From an uncultured Bacteroidota bacterium (GTDB taxonomy: Bacteria > Bacteroidota > Ignavibacteria > Palsa-1295): 64,000 nucleotides of DNA. Positions 51,108-61,289 of the stretch are shown here, in pieces. The notes beneath the pieces are model-generated. The model did not search any database. It was not told where the DNA came from and saw only the letters and a list, made by a program, of their open reading frames with translations. Numbering within the stretch: position 1 is the first letter of the stretch; the number at the start of each line of letters is the position of its first letter. The DNA lies in assembly GCA_963702215.1 (NCBI GenBank), contig OY969726.1, positions 1,443,050 through 1,507,049 of the forward strand, given 5' to 3'. The translations under genes and the position numbers were made by a program.

Positions 51108-51680
51108 TTACATCTTCTTTTGCATCGCACCACCGGCTGGCGGCGGGGGCATGAAGCCAAGCTGCGTCATCATAGCCATGTCGTCTGCATAGCCCCAACG
51201 TTCGTTGGCTTTGCCATCCTTAATCTGGATAAGATCCATGCCACCGATTTTCATAGACTTGTTACTCGCCTTCATGGGTCCCATATTTCCCTTCATCGTG
51301 CCCGTCATCGTGTACATCACCCAAACGAGATCGTTATCGGCGGAAATTTTATCGACCGCAAAATGCACATCGGGGAACGCGGCGAACAAGTTGCCCAATT
51401 GCGCTTTCAGATCGGCCATGCCTTTCCCGCTGTGGCCTGGCGCCGGATTATGATCCACGAAATCGGCCGAGCAATATTTATCGCAGGCCGCGGTGTCGTG
51501 GGCATTCATCACGTTATCGTAAAATGCCTTCGTGGCGGCCTTGTTGGAATCCATCATGTTGGTGGCTGCCATCTGCGTGGAGTCGGTGGCAGTTCCCGCC
51601 ATTTCACCCCGCTTCGCGCAGGAGGAGAACATCGTCACCGCTAACGCGGCGATCGCAAAAAAACTCAGTGTCTGTTTCAT
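51108..51680 (-). CDS. SnoaL-like ester cyclase lipoprotein
   Basis: Lipobox FSSC; AFPDVHF...DLVW...GTMKG...DGKANERW. Confidence 0.85.
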   Translation of the reverse strand: MKQTLSFFAIAALAVTMFSSCAKRGEMAGTATDSTQMAATNMMDSNKAATKAFYDNVMNAHDTAACDKYCSADFVDHNPAPGHSGKGMADLKAQLGNLFAAFPDVHFAVDKISADNDLVWVMYTMTGTMKGNMGPMKASNKSMKIGGMDLIQIKDGKANERWGYADDMAMMTQLGFMPPPPAGGAMQKKM

Positions 51681-52187
51681 GGTTTGTGGATAATTTGAAT
51701 AAGTTGTGGAACAATTACTTCGGTTCTGGCGCCAATCGAGATCGGCACGCCGTCAGTCTGGTTACAAATTTAACTAAATTGTTACCGCGCTGCGCCAAAT
51801 CCAATTTTTCGGGCGCAAATTACCCGCCAACACGCCCGGTCCCAGAAAATCCAGAATATTTCAGATTCCTTCTCCGATCTTCCCCACTCGCCCGTCACTA
51901 CGAGCGAAGCCAAAAAATCTCCCCATTTTCCCCGGGCCTTAAAAAAATCCCAGAAAACTACTTTTTATAGTGCGCGCGCGTTTGTGCTTCATGAACTATG
52001 CCTTTTGCGTTCCATTTTCGCCGTTTTTTAAAAAGAGGTAACTTTTTACCCGCTTTTTTGAGGGGTGGTTTTGAAAAGGCGAGAAAGCTATGATTCTATA
52101 AGAATGGCACCGAAAATAGACTATCATCGGCGGGATGACGTTGCGGCGGCGGGAAGCTTTTGGGAAGAGCGAAGGCGCGCGAACTAA

Positions 52188-52448
52188 CTACGCCGCAACA
52201 ACATCAACATGGGCGGCATAACCAAGTTCGTGCAAAATGGCTTCGCAATCTTCCCACGTGAGTCCAAACGGACGAACGTCCGCAAGACCGACTTTGCCAA
52301 GCGCATCCGCGAGCGTGCGCGAGGCGAGTGGTTCGAATTCGCCTTCCATAATAGCATTTTCGGCCCAGTCCACGAGTTGCGCAAGCGTGATCTCGTGATG
52401 TAAATAAGCGGCAATTTTTTCTGCGGCCGCGCGCTTGGTAATTCTCAT
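52188..52448 (-). CDS. Hypothetical protein (putative antitoxin/immunity)
   Basis: 86 aa; YLHHEITLAQLVDWAENAIME; coupled to the upstream gene. Confidence 0.7.
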   Translation of the reverse strand: MRITKRAAAEKIAAYLHHEITLAQLVDWAENAIMEGEFEPLASRTLADALGKVGLADVRPFGLTWEDCEAILHELGYAAHVDVVAA

Positions 52449-52450
52449 GA

Positions 52451-52687
52451 TCAAACTTTTTGGTGCCCCGTGTCAACCGGGTACTTCTGATGCACTTCTA
52501 CTAACTCGTTTTGGCCGTTGTAAATTTCCTGCCGGAACGTGAGCGTCGCTTCATCCCCATCGACTTCTTTGATGTAAGCCGCGTGCCATCCATGCCGGCC
52601 TTCGATTCCTAAATGATAGCGCCTCCCGCCATTCGGCAGATCTTCCCATTCATCGAACTTTCGCTCGTTTTGCTCAAGCTTGTTCAC
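52451..52687 (-). CDS. Hypothetical protein (putative toxin)
   Basis: 78 aa; GGRRY...GRHGW...YIKEVD...HQKYPVDTGH. Confidence 0.7.
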   Translation of the reverse strand: MNKLEQNERKFDEWEDLPNGGRRYHLGIEGRHGWHAAYIKEVDGDEATLTFRQEIYNGQNELVEVHQKYPVDTGHQKV

Positions 52688-52847
52688 AATCCTTCTCTCC
52701 TAACACTCAGCGAGACATTTTAACTCATTGTTGCGAGCCACCGCGGCATGATGACGAGCGACCCCAAATGCCCCACCATCGGCGGGACGATGGTCGTCGT
52801 GGCGGCGTGAAGCTTTTGGGTGGGGCAAAGGCGCGATGAGGTATAAA

Positions 52848-53011
52848 GTGCCGGAGGCGCGCAGTACCCGCAGCCCAGGGTGCAGCGAAGCGGAACCCTG
52901 GGTTCGGATCACGATTGGGAATTATTAGCCCGGGAAGAGCCTGCCCCCGACCCGATCGGAGGGCGATGTACTCCGTCCCTTCGGCAAGCTCAGGGCCGGC
53001 TCTTTCAGGAC
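52848..53011. repeat. Cluster of REP-like palindromes with nested insertions
   Basis: CCCAGGGT..ACCCTGGG hairpin, AGCCTGCCCCCGACCCGATCGG, CCCTTCGGCAAGCTCAGGG. Confidence 0.7.
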
Positions 53012-53116
53012 CGAGGGAACCTAAACGCAATGACTGCGTAAATTTCAATTTTTGGGTACTCAAAATTGCCCGTTCCCGAGGGCACCTTTGGCAGATGGCC
53101 TCGCTTTCAAGGAATC

Positions 53117-55300
53117 ATGATTGCGAAACGGCTTCTCGCACTCGCGCTCTTCGCCGCGCTCGCGGCAGCGCCAGGCGTGCTGCTCGCGCAGTGGAAGCAA
53201 ACGAGCGGGCCGGGAGGCGGCAAAATTAATAGCCTTGTCGTTGTGGGTGATACATTTTGTGCTGCAACAAGTTACGGAATTTATACATCCACCAATGCCG
53301 GGGTGAGCTGGCACGCAACCGATGACGGTCTGCCAGATCCCACGCGCATTCTTCAGGGATACCGCCTCGGATCCCGTATAGACTTTTTGGCCGAGACCGA
53401 AGGGAACGCAGTCAACGTGTTCGAGCTATCTGAGTCCGGTATGGATTGGCACCCTGTGGATAGCGGCCTTGTTGTCAGCGTATTTGGTTCCATCGGTCCA
53501 GTCTGGTTGGCTTCCGGTGGGAAGGGTTCGACGGGCGACAACGGCATTTATCGTTCAACCGACAGTGGACATAGTTGGCTCTTTGTGAACGGAATAAATG
53601 CGGTTTCCTTTGCCTCAAGCGAAAATTACGTTTACGCTGTCAGCGGGTTGGGGGTATGGCGTTCCGGCGACAGCGGCAAGACGTGGACCATAATTGATAG
53701 CTCACTATTAAACCTTATCAGCAACAATGCATATCCAACGGTGGCTGCACTCGGAAGCGTTGTGATTCTTGATTTCCCGGCCAATGAGCCCGGGCAAGAC
53801 GGCCTCTTGTTCAGATCGACGGACTTTGGAACAACGTGGAATGGAGACTTTGAAATAACATGGCCAGCAGCGATGAATCAATTCGAGCGTGAAACCTTTG
53901 GCGTCCATGCTGGCAACATATTTCTCTCGATTAGCCAAGGAATCTACGAGTCCACCGACAGCGGCGCGACCTGGCAACTCGTGAGCGATTCCCTTGGCAA
54001 AGCCGGCTTTCTGGAAGCAAATGGGCCTCATCTTGTCGCCGGAACAGGGTATGGAGTATTTATTTCGGACGATAGTGGCCACACATGGAAGAGCAGAAAT
54101 ACTGGCCTCTGCGGAACGTCAGTGGGAGCAATGTGCCTCCACGACGATAAGCTCTTTGCAGCACCAAACTATGGTGTTTCGGTAACGAGTGATCAAGGTA
54201 ATACGTGGACCGACCTAAGTCCGCAATTTCCAATTCAGCAACCCGTCGTCCAACTTGCGGCTACCGACGATGCGCTATTCTCAGCAACCGAATATCCCGA
54301 CCATGACTACGTTTCAACAAACGATGGCGCGAGCTGGGATTCAATCAGCCTCCCAGATGGGGGCGGGGGGATGGTCACGATTGGGAACGATCTATATCTG
54401 AGCTCCTTCGATAGTATGTATCATACTTCGGACGATGGCGCTCACTGGATGACACTCGGTAAGAGCGGCCTCCCGCGTTTCGGCGCCGGGCTCCTTCTTG
54501 TGTCGGACATCGGCATGTATGCTGACGCTGATGTCGCTGTAGGTGAGGTAACTGAGCTATTCCGGAGCACGGATAAGGGGCTTAACTGGAGTTTAGTCGA
54601 TTCTTCCGAATTGCCCATGGCACTAACATTTTATGGCGGAAGCCTATTTGCCAGCATGATTGCCGGGAACTACTATGAATCTCCCCCTGTGCGTGTCTCC
54701 AAAGACGGCGGATCGACGTGGCTGCCTGATAGCGGATACGGACACTATATCCCATATACTCGGCTGCTTGATAGCGTGTACGCACCCTTCGCTTACCCGA
54801 CTGGCTTCGCAGTCATTGGTGGTTATCTCGTCGCCATGACTTCAGGTAACCTTTATATGACGCGCGATACTGGTCGTTCCTGGCAAGAAGTTGACCATGG
54901 TTTACCATTGTCATTGGGCCTAAAGTCCTTGCAGAACATTGACGACACACTTTTTGTGGGAACCGATGGCGCTGGTGTCTGGTACTGCCCGCTCCCCGAA
55001 CTGCTCGCTCTTAGTGCCGTCAGGCCAAGTAGGCAGGCAGCGAGCTCTATCGACGCTTACCCCAATCCCTTCACCTCCTCTTCCACCATTCGCTTCGCAA
55101 CCGCCGAATCCGAGCGAGCCGAAATCACCATCGAAAACATTTTTGGGAACCAGGTTGCGCATCTCTTTTCGGGCGAACTTGGCGCGGGCGAGCATAGCTT
55201 TACCTGGCGCAAACCCGCAGGATTGCCCGAAGGGGTTTACGAGTGTGTCGTCCGCATGAACGGGCAGGCAGAGACCGTGCCGCTGGTTGCGATTCGGTAA
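53117..55300 (+). CDS. T9SS-sorted BNR-repeat beta-propeller protein
   Basis: AQWKQTSGPGGG, S.D.G.TW repeats, YPNPF...GVYECVV. Confidence 0.88.
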   Translation: MIAKRLLALALFAALAAAPGVLLAQWKQTSGPGGGKINSLVVVGDTFCAATSYGIYTSTNAGVSWHATDDGLPDPTRILQGYRLGSRIDFLAETEGNAVNVFELSESGMDWHPVDSGLVVSVFGSIGPVWLASGGKGSTGDNGIYRSTDSGHSWLFVNGINAVSFASSENYVYAVSGLGVWRSGDSGKTWTIIDSSLLNLISNNAYPTVAALGSVVILDFPANEPGQDGLLFRSTDFGTTWNGDFEITWPAAMNQFERETFGVHAGNIFLSISQGIYESTDSGATWQLVSDSLGKAGFLEANGPHLVAGTGYGVFISDDSGHTWKSRNTGLCGTSVGAMCLHDDKLFAAPNYGVSVTSDQGNTWTDLSPQFPIQQPVVQLAATDDALFSATEYPDHDYVSTNDGASWDSISLPDGGGGMVTIGNDLYLSSFDSMYHTSDDGAHWMTLGKSGLPRFGAGLLLVSDIGMYADADVAVGEVTELFRSTDKGLNWSLVDSSELPMALTFYGGSLFASMIAGNYYESPPVRVSKDGGSTWLPDSGYGHYIPYTRLLDSVYAPFAYPTGFAVIGGYLVAMTSGNLYMTRDTGRSWQEVDHGLPLSLGLKSLQNIDDTLFVGTDGAGVWYCPLPELLALSAVRPSRQAASSIDAYPNPFTSSSTIRFATAESERAEITIENIFGNQVAHLFSGELGAGEHSFTWRKPAGLPEGVYECVVRMNGQAETVPLVAIR

Positions 55301-55393
55301 CAAGTCTTAGGCTCCTGTCGTTAAAGAGCGGTTTGGGCGCTCTTCCTAATGCTGATCGCCATTTCATCCTCGTCAATTCTTAGGGAATTTTTA

Positions 55394-58300
55394 ATGCGCC
55401 GTTTTTATCTCGGTTTATTTTTCGCCGTTATTCTTTTTGGTTCCACGCGCGTAGGTCGGTGCTTCCAGCCCGACTCCGTTAGCGATTACCCGCTTTGGAT
55501 GCGTTATCCTGCCATCTCGCCGGATGGCACTACCATCGCCTTCGAATATCAGGGCGATATTTACACGGTGCCAGTTGGTGGCGGGCGGGCTACGGACATC
55601 GTGCCGGATGTGCCCTACGATTTTGATCCTGTGTGGTCGCCCGATGGGAAATGGATCGCTTACGCCAGTGATGCCAATGGCAACTTCGATGTTTTTATCG
55701 TTCCCGCCGCCGGCGGAATTCCGAAGCAGCTTACATTTCATACCGCGAGTGAGGTTCCCGCCTGCTTCACGCCGAATGGCGATTCGGTTCTTTTCGCCGC
55801 AGATCGGATGCCGGATGTTTCGGATGCGCAGTATCCCACCCCCGCCCAGCCACAGTTATACGAAGTTTCCGTGAGTGGCGGAATGCCCGCGCAAGTGCTG
55901 ACCACACCTGCCATCAATGCGAGATTGGATGCGAGTGGGAACCGACTTCTGTACGAAGATTTAAAGGGCTATGAAAGTCCGTGGCGGAAGCATGAAAAAG
56001 CTTCCATCGCGCGCGACGTGTGGCTCTACGATCGCACGACCGGCAGCTTTACCCAACTCACGCACTTCATTGGCGAGGACCGGAACCCGGTTTGGAGCCC
56101 GGATGAAAAAACGGTTTACTACTTGAGTGAGCGAAGCGGGTCATTCAATGTTTGGAAGTTCCCGCTGGATGACACCACCCTGCACACGCAGGTGACTTCC
56201 TTCGATAAGAATCCCGTGCGGTTCCTTTCGATTGCGAAGAATGGAACGCTGGCCTTCGGCTATAATGGTGAGATTTATACGCTGCCCGAAGGTGCCACCG
56301 CGCCTCAAAAAGTGTCAATCGAAATCATTCCCACCGAGAAATCGAGCGGAACGAAATTCGAGACGCTCGCGAAAGGCGCGACGGAATTTGCGCTCTCGCC
56401 GAATGGGAAAGAATTTGCCTTCGTCGTGCGCGGCGATATTTTCGTTGCTTCGGTGGATTACGGAACTACGAAACGGATCACGAATACGCCGGGCGAAGAG
56501 CGAAGCGTAAGCTTCAGTCCCAATGGCCGCTCGCTCATCTATGCGAGCGAGCGCGAACATTCCTGGAAGATTTACCAGACGACGATCGAACACAAAGATG
56601 AGCCGTATTTCTACGCGGCTACGACGCTAAAAGAAGAACCGATCGTTGCCACATCGAACGAATCGTTCCAGCCGCATTACTCGCCGGACGGGAAGGAAGT
56701 TGCGTTTTTAGAAGACCGCACGAATCTCGAAGTCATCGATCGAAAGACTCGAACGATTCGGATGATTATGGATTCTACCCACAATTATTCTTACTCCGAC
56801 GGCGATCAGTGGTTCGAGTGGTCGCCGGATGGGAAATGGTTCCTCGTGCAATTTTACGATCACGATCGGTGGTCGAATGAAGTGGGCCTGCTCGCCGCGG
56901 ATGGCTCGGAGGCGGATGGCAGCACGGCCAAGATCAACAATCTCACCAATAGCGGCTATGACGATACGCATCCAACCTGGTCGCGCGATGGCAAGATGAT
57001 GTATTGGTTCAGCGACCGGGAAGGCTTGCATACGGAGGGCAATAACTACGGGCAATCCGATGTGTTCGGCATGTTCTTCACGCAGCCGGCGTATGACCAG
57101 TTTCGATTAACGCCGGAGGAACTCGCGGTCGAGGAACTGGAATCGAAAGATACCTCCAAACGAAAGTCCGTTCCCGCGAAGAACGAAGAGGGATCGACAC
57201 TTTCGAAAGAAGATACCTCCGGAAATATCAAGCCGATCCCACCCATTACGATCAATCTGAAAGATATCGATGACCGCATTGCACGCCTTACGATTAATTC
57301 CTCGCGGATGTCCGATGCCGTCCTTTCGCCCAACGCGGACCGGCTGTTCTATCTCGCAAGCTATCCCAAAGGCGGCGCGCTGTGGGTGCATATTTTCCGC
57401 GATGGCGAAACCAAGCTTCTCGCAAATCTTCCCAAACCGGGCGGAGACCTGATTCTCGATCATGAGGGAAAGAATTTGTATGTTCTGAACGACGGCACGA
57501 TTACACGCATCGATACCGCCAACGGACACGAAACGCATATTGGTTACAGCGCGGAGATGGAGATCAACACTCCGGCAGAGCGCGCCGCCATGTTCGAGCA
57601 CGTTTGGCGTCAAATGTTCGAAAAGCTCTATGTCAAAAACATGAATGGCGTGGAATGGAACTATTACAAGACCAATTATTCACGGTTCCTTCCCTACATC
57701 AATAATAACCAGGACTTCGCTGAAATGCTGAGCGAAATGTTGGGTGAGCTCGACGTATCGCACACCGGCTCCGGCTACCGCATTCCGAATCCCGAAGAGA
57801 ACGCAACGGCGTCGCTGGGAATTTTTATCGACCGGCACTATACCGGCAACGGCATTCGCGTGGCCGAAGTCATCGAGCGCGGGCCGCTCGATATTTCCAA
57901 CTCGAAAGTCCGCGCCGGCGATATAATTACGGCGATAGACGATCACACGATCACTCCGGCCGAAGATTTCAATATTTATCTCAATCGCAAAGCCGGCGTT
58001 CCGACGCTTATTTCGATTCACAACCCTCGGAACGATTCCACCTGGGAAGAAACAACAAGGCCGATTGCGCAGGGGGAACTCGGCGAGCTGCTGTATCAGC
58101 GTTGGATAAAAACGCGGCGCTTGGAAGTCGATAGCCTCTCGCATGGAACGGTCGGCTACGTCGATGTGCGCGCCATGGGCGATGCCAGTTACCGGCATGT
58201 CTATTCGGAACTATTCGGGCGGGAGTATGCGAAAAAAGCGGTGATCGTCGATACGCGCTTCAATGGCGGTGGCTGGCTGCATGATGAACTGGCCACCATG

Positions 58301-58696
58301 TTGAATGGCAAGGAATATGTCCATTTCTCGCCGCGCGGGCAGGACTTGGGCATCGAGCCTTCGGACCGGTGGACGAAACCCTCCGTCATCCTCGTCGGCG
58401 AAAGCAATTACAGCGATGCCTCGTTCTTTCCGGACGCGTACCGCGCGCTCGGCATTGGCAAGATTGTCGGTATGCCGGTTCCCGGAACCGCGACCGCCGT
58501 GTGGTGGGAAACGCTGCAGGATAATTCCCTCTATTTCGGCATTCCGGAAGTCGGCGTGGTGGATATGCACGGCCATTTCCTCGAAGGCCAGCAGTTAGTT
58601 CCCGATTACGAAGTCGAGAACACACCGAAGTCGATCGCTGAGGGAAGAGATTTACAGTTGGAGAAAGCGGTGCAGGTGCTGATGCAGGGAGGGTAA
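55394..58696 (+). CDS. S41 family tricorn-like protease
   Basis: PD40 repeats, PDZ, DTRFNGGG, NYSDAS, PGTATAVWWE. Confidence 0.92.
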   Translation: MRRFYLGLFFAVILFGSTRVGRCFQPDSVSDYPLWMRYPAISPDGTTIAFEYQGDIYTVPVGGGRATDIVPDVPYDFDPVWSPDGKWIAYASDANGNFDVFIVPAAGGIPKQLTFHTASEVPACFTPNGDSVLFAADRMPDVSDAQYPTPAQPQLYEVSVSGGMPAQVLTTPAINARLDASGNRLLYEDLKGYESPWRKHEKASIARDVWLYDRTTGSFTQLTHFIGEDRNPVWSPDEKTVYYLSERSGSFNVWKFPLDDTTLHTQVTSFDKNPVRFLSIAKNGTLAFGYNGEIYTLPEGATAPQKVSIEIIPTEKSSGTKFETLAKGATEFALSPNGKEFAFVVRGDIFVASVDYGTTKRITNTPGEERSVSFSPNGRSLIYASEREHSWKIYQTTIEHKDEPYFYAATTLKEEPIVATSNESFQPHYSPDGKEVAFLEDRTNLEVIDRKTRTIRMIMDSTHNYSYSDGDQWFEWSPDGKWFLVQFYDHDRWSNEVGLLAADGSEADGSTAKINNLTNSGYDDTHPTWSRDGKMMYWFSDREGLHTEGNNYGQSDVFGMFFTQPAYDQFRLTPEELAVEELESKDTSKRKSVPAKNEEGSTLSKEDTSGNIKPIPPITINLKDIDDRIARLTINSSRMSDAVLSPNADRLFYLASYPKGGALWVHIFRDGETKLLANLPKPGGDLILDHEGKNLYVLNDGTITRIDTANGHETHIGYSAEMEINTPAERAAMFEHVWRQMFEKLYVKNMNGVEWNYYKTNYSRFLPYINNNQDFAEMLSEMLGELDVSHTGSGYRIPNPEENATASLGIFIDRHYTGNGIRVAEVIERGPLDISNSKVRAGDIITAIDDHTITPAEDFNIYLNRKAGVPTLISIHNPRNDSTWEETTRPIAQGELGELLYQRWIKTRRLEVDSLSHGTVGYVDVRAMGDASYRHVYSELFGREYAKKAVIVDTRFNGGGWLHDELATMLNGKEYVHFSPRGQDLGIEPSDRWTKPSVILVGESNYSDASFFPDAYRALGIGKIVGMPVPGTATAVWWETLQDNSLYFGIPEVGVVDMHGHFLEGQQLVPDYEVENTPKSIAEGRDLQLEKAVQVLMQGG

Positions 58697-58698
58697 GT

Positions 58699-59115
58699 TT
58701 AGATTCGCATCAAGAGCTGGAATCCTGCCTGCTCGAGGTGATGATCGGATGTCAGGGCTTCCGATATACCTCGCCCGCGCATGATCAGCATGGAAGCGCA
58801 ATCTGTAAGGCTCCATTCCTTGTCGGCGGAGCGTTTAAAAAGTTGGACTGCCGCTTGCAAAAGATGGTCCGTGTCCGGAATTACAAGGATTTCTTGGTTG
58901 GAGTGAGTGCGTTGCCAAATCTCGGCAACTTCCAAACGAGTATTGGCTCCAACTCCGCTTGCAAAATTGAGGAATTCGATAAGCACAAGGTCGGACGTTA
59001 CGATTAACACGGAATCGGCTTCGGTTAGCGTCCAGTGTTTTGCGAAACGGCGGAGCGAATCCTTTTCGAATTGCAGCGCAACCCAATACGCGGTGTCTGC
59101 GAAGACTTCTCTCAC
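58699..59115 (-). CDS. PIN/VapC toxin
   Basis: VFADTAYW, LIEFLN, SLTDCAS, TSDHHL; GTG start overlaps the antitoxin stop. Confidence 0.9.
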   Translation of the reverse strand: MREVFADTAYWVALQFEKDSLRRFAKHWTLTEADSVLIVTSDLVLIEFLNFASGVGANTRLEVAEIWQRTHSNQEILVIPDTDHLLQAAVQLFKRSADKEWSLTDCASMLIMRGRGISEALTSDHHLEQAGFQLLMRI

Positions 59116-59330
59116 TCGCTGACCTTTGGGTGGCCGTAGAGGTAATGATCCACGTTTAGCGCGCCATCGACCGGGATCCGTGCTCGTTCTTCGGATGGGA
59201 TGCGTTCCCAAGCATCCGACATGCGTTCCATTAAATCTCGCAAGGAGTTGTTTGGCTTTGCGTACGTTCGGCGTTGGCTTTTCCCTGTTCTGCCCTTCAC
59301 CGCATTTTTTGTTTTAGGAACTGGTTTCAT
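59112..59330 (-). CDS. Cognate antitoxin
   Basis: PVDGALNVDHYLYGHPK C-terminal motif. Confidence 0.8.
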   Translation of the reverse strand: MKPVPKTKNAVKGRTGKSQRRTYAKPNNSLRDLMERMSDAWERIPSEERARIPVDGALNVDHYLYGHPKVSE

Positions 59331-59482
59331 ACATCTGCCCTAACATTAATTTAATTGCTTCGTTTCAGGTTGCCTGGTCTCGCGGACTGACGTGAGGGCT
59401 TCGTGAAGCAAATCCTCGAAGTTTCGCCATGTGATTGCTTTTTAGTGATGGATGGGTTTGAATTCCGAGAGATACTACGGCG

Positions 59483-59920
59483 CTATTCTCGAACGCCAGA
59501 GATGGACAAAAGGCTGTCTCCACGCGCGGTGGTATAATTCAGCGTATCTGCATTCGCTGATAGCCAGCATTCTCCGTGTTCATCTGTATCACCATAGAGG
59601 CTGCTGCTGTCTCTTACGTTGAAGTCATGGAGGTACATATATCCACAGGGACTGGTCGCATCCCAGGTAATCACAAAAGGGCCGTTGGGGATGAGGGATA
59701 AAACTTCCCGAGTAGAATCATTCCTAACCGATCCCGTCAGGAATGTATCGGCGTTTATAATCTTGCATGTGCAAGGAGTAGCGGAGTTCCCGAGCGTCCA
59801 TGTTCCGACAAAAGCGCCGGGTGCCACGGTTGCGACCCACCCAGAAGGAGGCGGGCACGAGTTATTTGGAGAGCTGCATCCAACGAGAAGTGTGAATAAG
59901 ATAGCGAAACAGATTTTCAT
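59483..59920 (-). CDS. Hypothetical Cys-rich lipoprotein
   Basis: Lipobox LVGC. Confidence 0.65.
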   Translation of the reverse strand: MKICFAILFTLLVGCSSPNNSCPPPSGWVATVAPGAFVGTWTLGNSATPCTCKIINADTFLTGSVRNDSTREVLSLIPNGPFVITWDATSPCGYMYLHDFNVRDSSSLYGDTDEHGECWLSANADTLNYTTARGDSLLSISGVRE

Positions 59921-59989
59921 GCCATTTGGAGAACAGAGGAAATCTCGCATGATTCCCGCTTGGGTGACTACATTAAGCTCGGCATCTCA

Positions 59990-60255
59990 ATCCCCACCAC
60001 CTCCCCGTATCGGTGCTTCGGGTACCAATTCATCCCCCGCCTTTCCGGCGTGAGATCGAAAACGTTCCAGACAGGCCAGATGCTATCGACGTGGCGCTCA
60101 TTCTGTCCGGGATCGGCTGGAGCGAAAAGCAATTCCGTGGCATACCGATGAAAAATTCCGTCCAGCGGCGCAACTCGATCTCTTCTTCGAGTAATGCGCC
60201 CCTTGCGGCGCGATAATTGTCGTTCTCGCTGAGAAAGCGTTTGGTACTGAGCGTG
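59990..60255 (-). pseudogene. Internally deleted DUF899-family gene remnant
   Basis: N-terminus RFLSENDNYRAARGALLEEEIELRR fused out of frame to C-terminus YATELLFAPADPGQNERHVDSIWPVWNVFDLTPE..WYPK. Confidence 0.7.
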
Positions 60256-60361
60256 AGTTTAAGAATTTCTTCGGTTTGTGATTATTTATGATCTTTAAAA
60301 ACACACAACTGAGGGAAAAAGATGTACGAATCACTTTGCAAAAATCTGCGTTTCGAATTCG

Positions 60362-60556
60362 ATGAAGGGAATTCAATACGTCACTGATGATACGGGCGCG
60401 CGCGTTGCCGCGCTCGTCGATCTCGCGGAGTGGGGCGAGGAATGGCAGGACTTTCTCGATGGTATCGAAGCGGAAAGAGAGCCCAGGGAACCGAGCGTTC
60501 CGTGGCGCGAGCTGAGAGCCGAAATGGAAGAAGCTTCGCACATTGTACGAGCTTAA
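60362..60556 (+). CDS. Antitoxin
   Basis: IQYVTDDTGARVAALV...VPWRELRAE. Confidence 0.8.
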   Translation: MKGIQYVTDDTGARVAALVDLAEWGEEWQDFLDGIEAEREPREPSVPWRELRAEMEEASHIVRA

Positions 60557-60797
60557 ATTCACTCCTGCGGCTGTGCGGAATTGGCGAAAGCTCACGCTCC
60601 TTGCTCAACAACAGATCGCGCCTCATCTCGACCGGCTCGCGATAGATCCACGGCCGCCAGGTGTAAAAAAACTGAAGGGATTCCAAAAACTATATAGAAT
60701 TCGCACCGGGGATTACAGAGTGATTTACGAGATCGATGATTCATCGAAAGCCATTTGGATTACGAAGGTAATGGATCGCAAAGATGAATATTCCTGA
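60543..60797 (+). CDS. RelE/StbE family toxin
   Basis: DPRPPGVKKLKG...YRIRTGDYRVIYEI. Confidence 0.92.
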   Translation: MYELKFTPAAVRNWRKLTLLAQQQIAPHLDRLAIDPRPPGVKKLKGFQKLYRIRTGDYRVIYEIDDSSKAIWITKVMDRKDEYS

Positions 60798-60800
60798 ACG

Positions 60801-61289
60801 ATGATTTTTTCCATCCTCAAATCCCTCGCCTTAGGCGTGTGGCTCGGCGCGCTGATTATGCTGGGCTATGCCGTGGCCGGGCCGATCTTTCAGCAATCTC
60901 CCTCGAAAACGCTGGCGGGAACGATTAATGGCGTCATCCTCGGACGCATGAATAATATCGAATGGGTCTGTTGGGCGGTAGCGATCGCGTGCTCAATTAT
61001 CCTTCTGATCTTAAATTGGACCAGCGCGCGCGGGCTTCGCATCGCCGAACTGGCGATCCTTTGCGTTGCCGGTGTGCTGTTGTGGTTCTATTCCATTCGC
61101 ATCACCGGAAGAATGGATACGCTCCGCGCGACGATCGGCGATTTCGATCATCCGAAGCAAACGACCGAATATGTGCAGGCGAAATCCGAATTCGACACGC
61201 TCCATCATCGCTATACTGCGCTCGTGGGAACGAATATGATCTTCCTGCTCGGAGCGTTTACGATTTCGATGCTTCTTACGCGGAAATAA
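60801..61289 (+). CDS. DUF4149/TMEM205-like membrane protein
   Basis: GVWLGALI...AGPIF...FDTLHHRY. Confidence 0.75.
   Translation: MIFSILKSLALGVWLGALIMLGYAVAGPIFQQSPSKTLAGTINGVILGRMNNIEWVCWAVAIACSIILLILNWTSARGLRIAELAILCVAGVLLWFYSIRITGRMDTLRATIGDFDHPKQTTEYVQAKSEFDTLHHRYTALVGTNMIFLLGAFTISMLLTRK

Larger units (their letters stand above)
52125..52820. repeat. Degenerate ~40-bp direct repeats (52125-52164, 52777-52820) flanking a two-gene cassette
   Basis: CATCGGCGGGA...GGCGGCG.GAAGCTTTTGGG on both sides. Confidence 0.75.

Noticed and set aside
51685-51713. oriC suggested by a perfect DnaA box (TGTGGATAA) and parAB in the window
   Set aside because: Single perfect box lying in the translation-initiation region of a gene; no box cluster and no full parS palindrome seen
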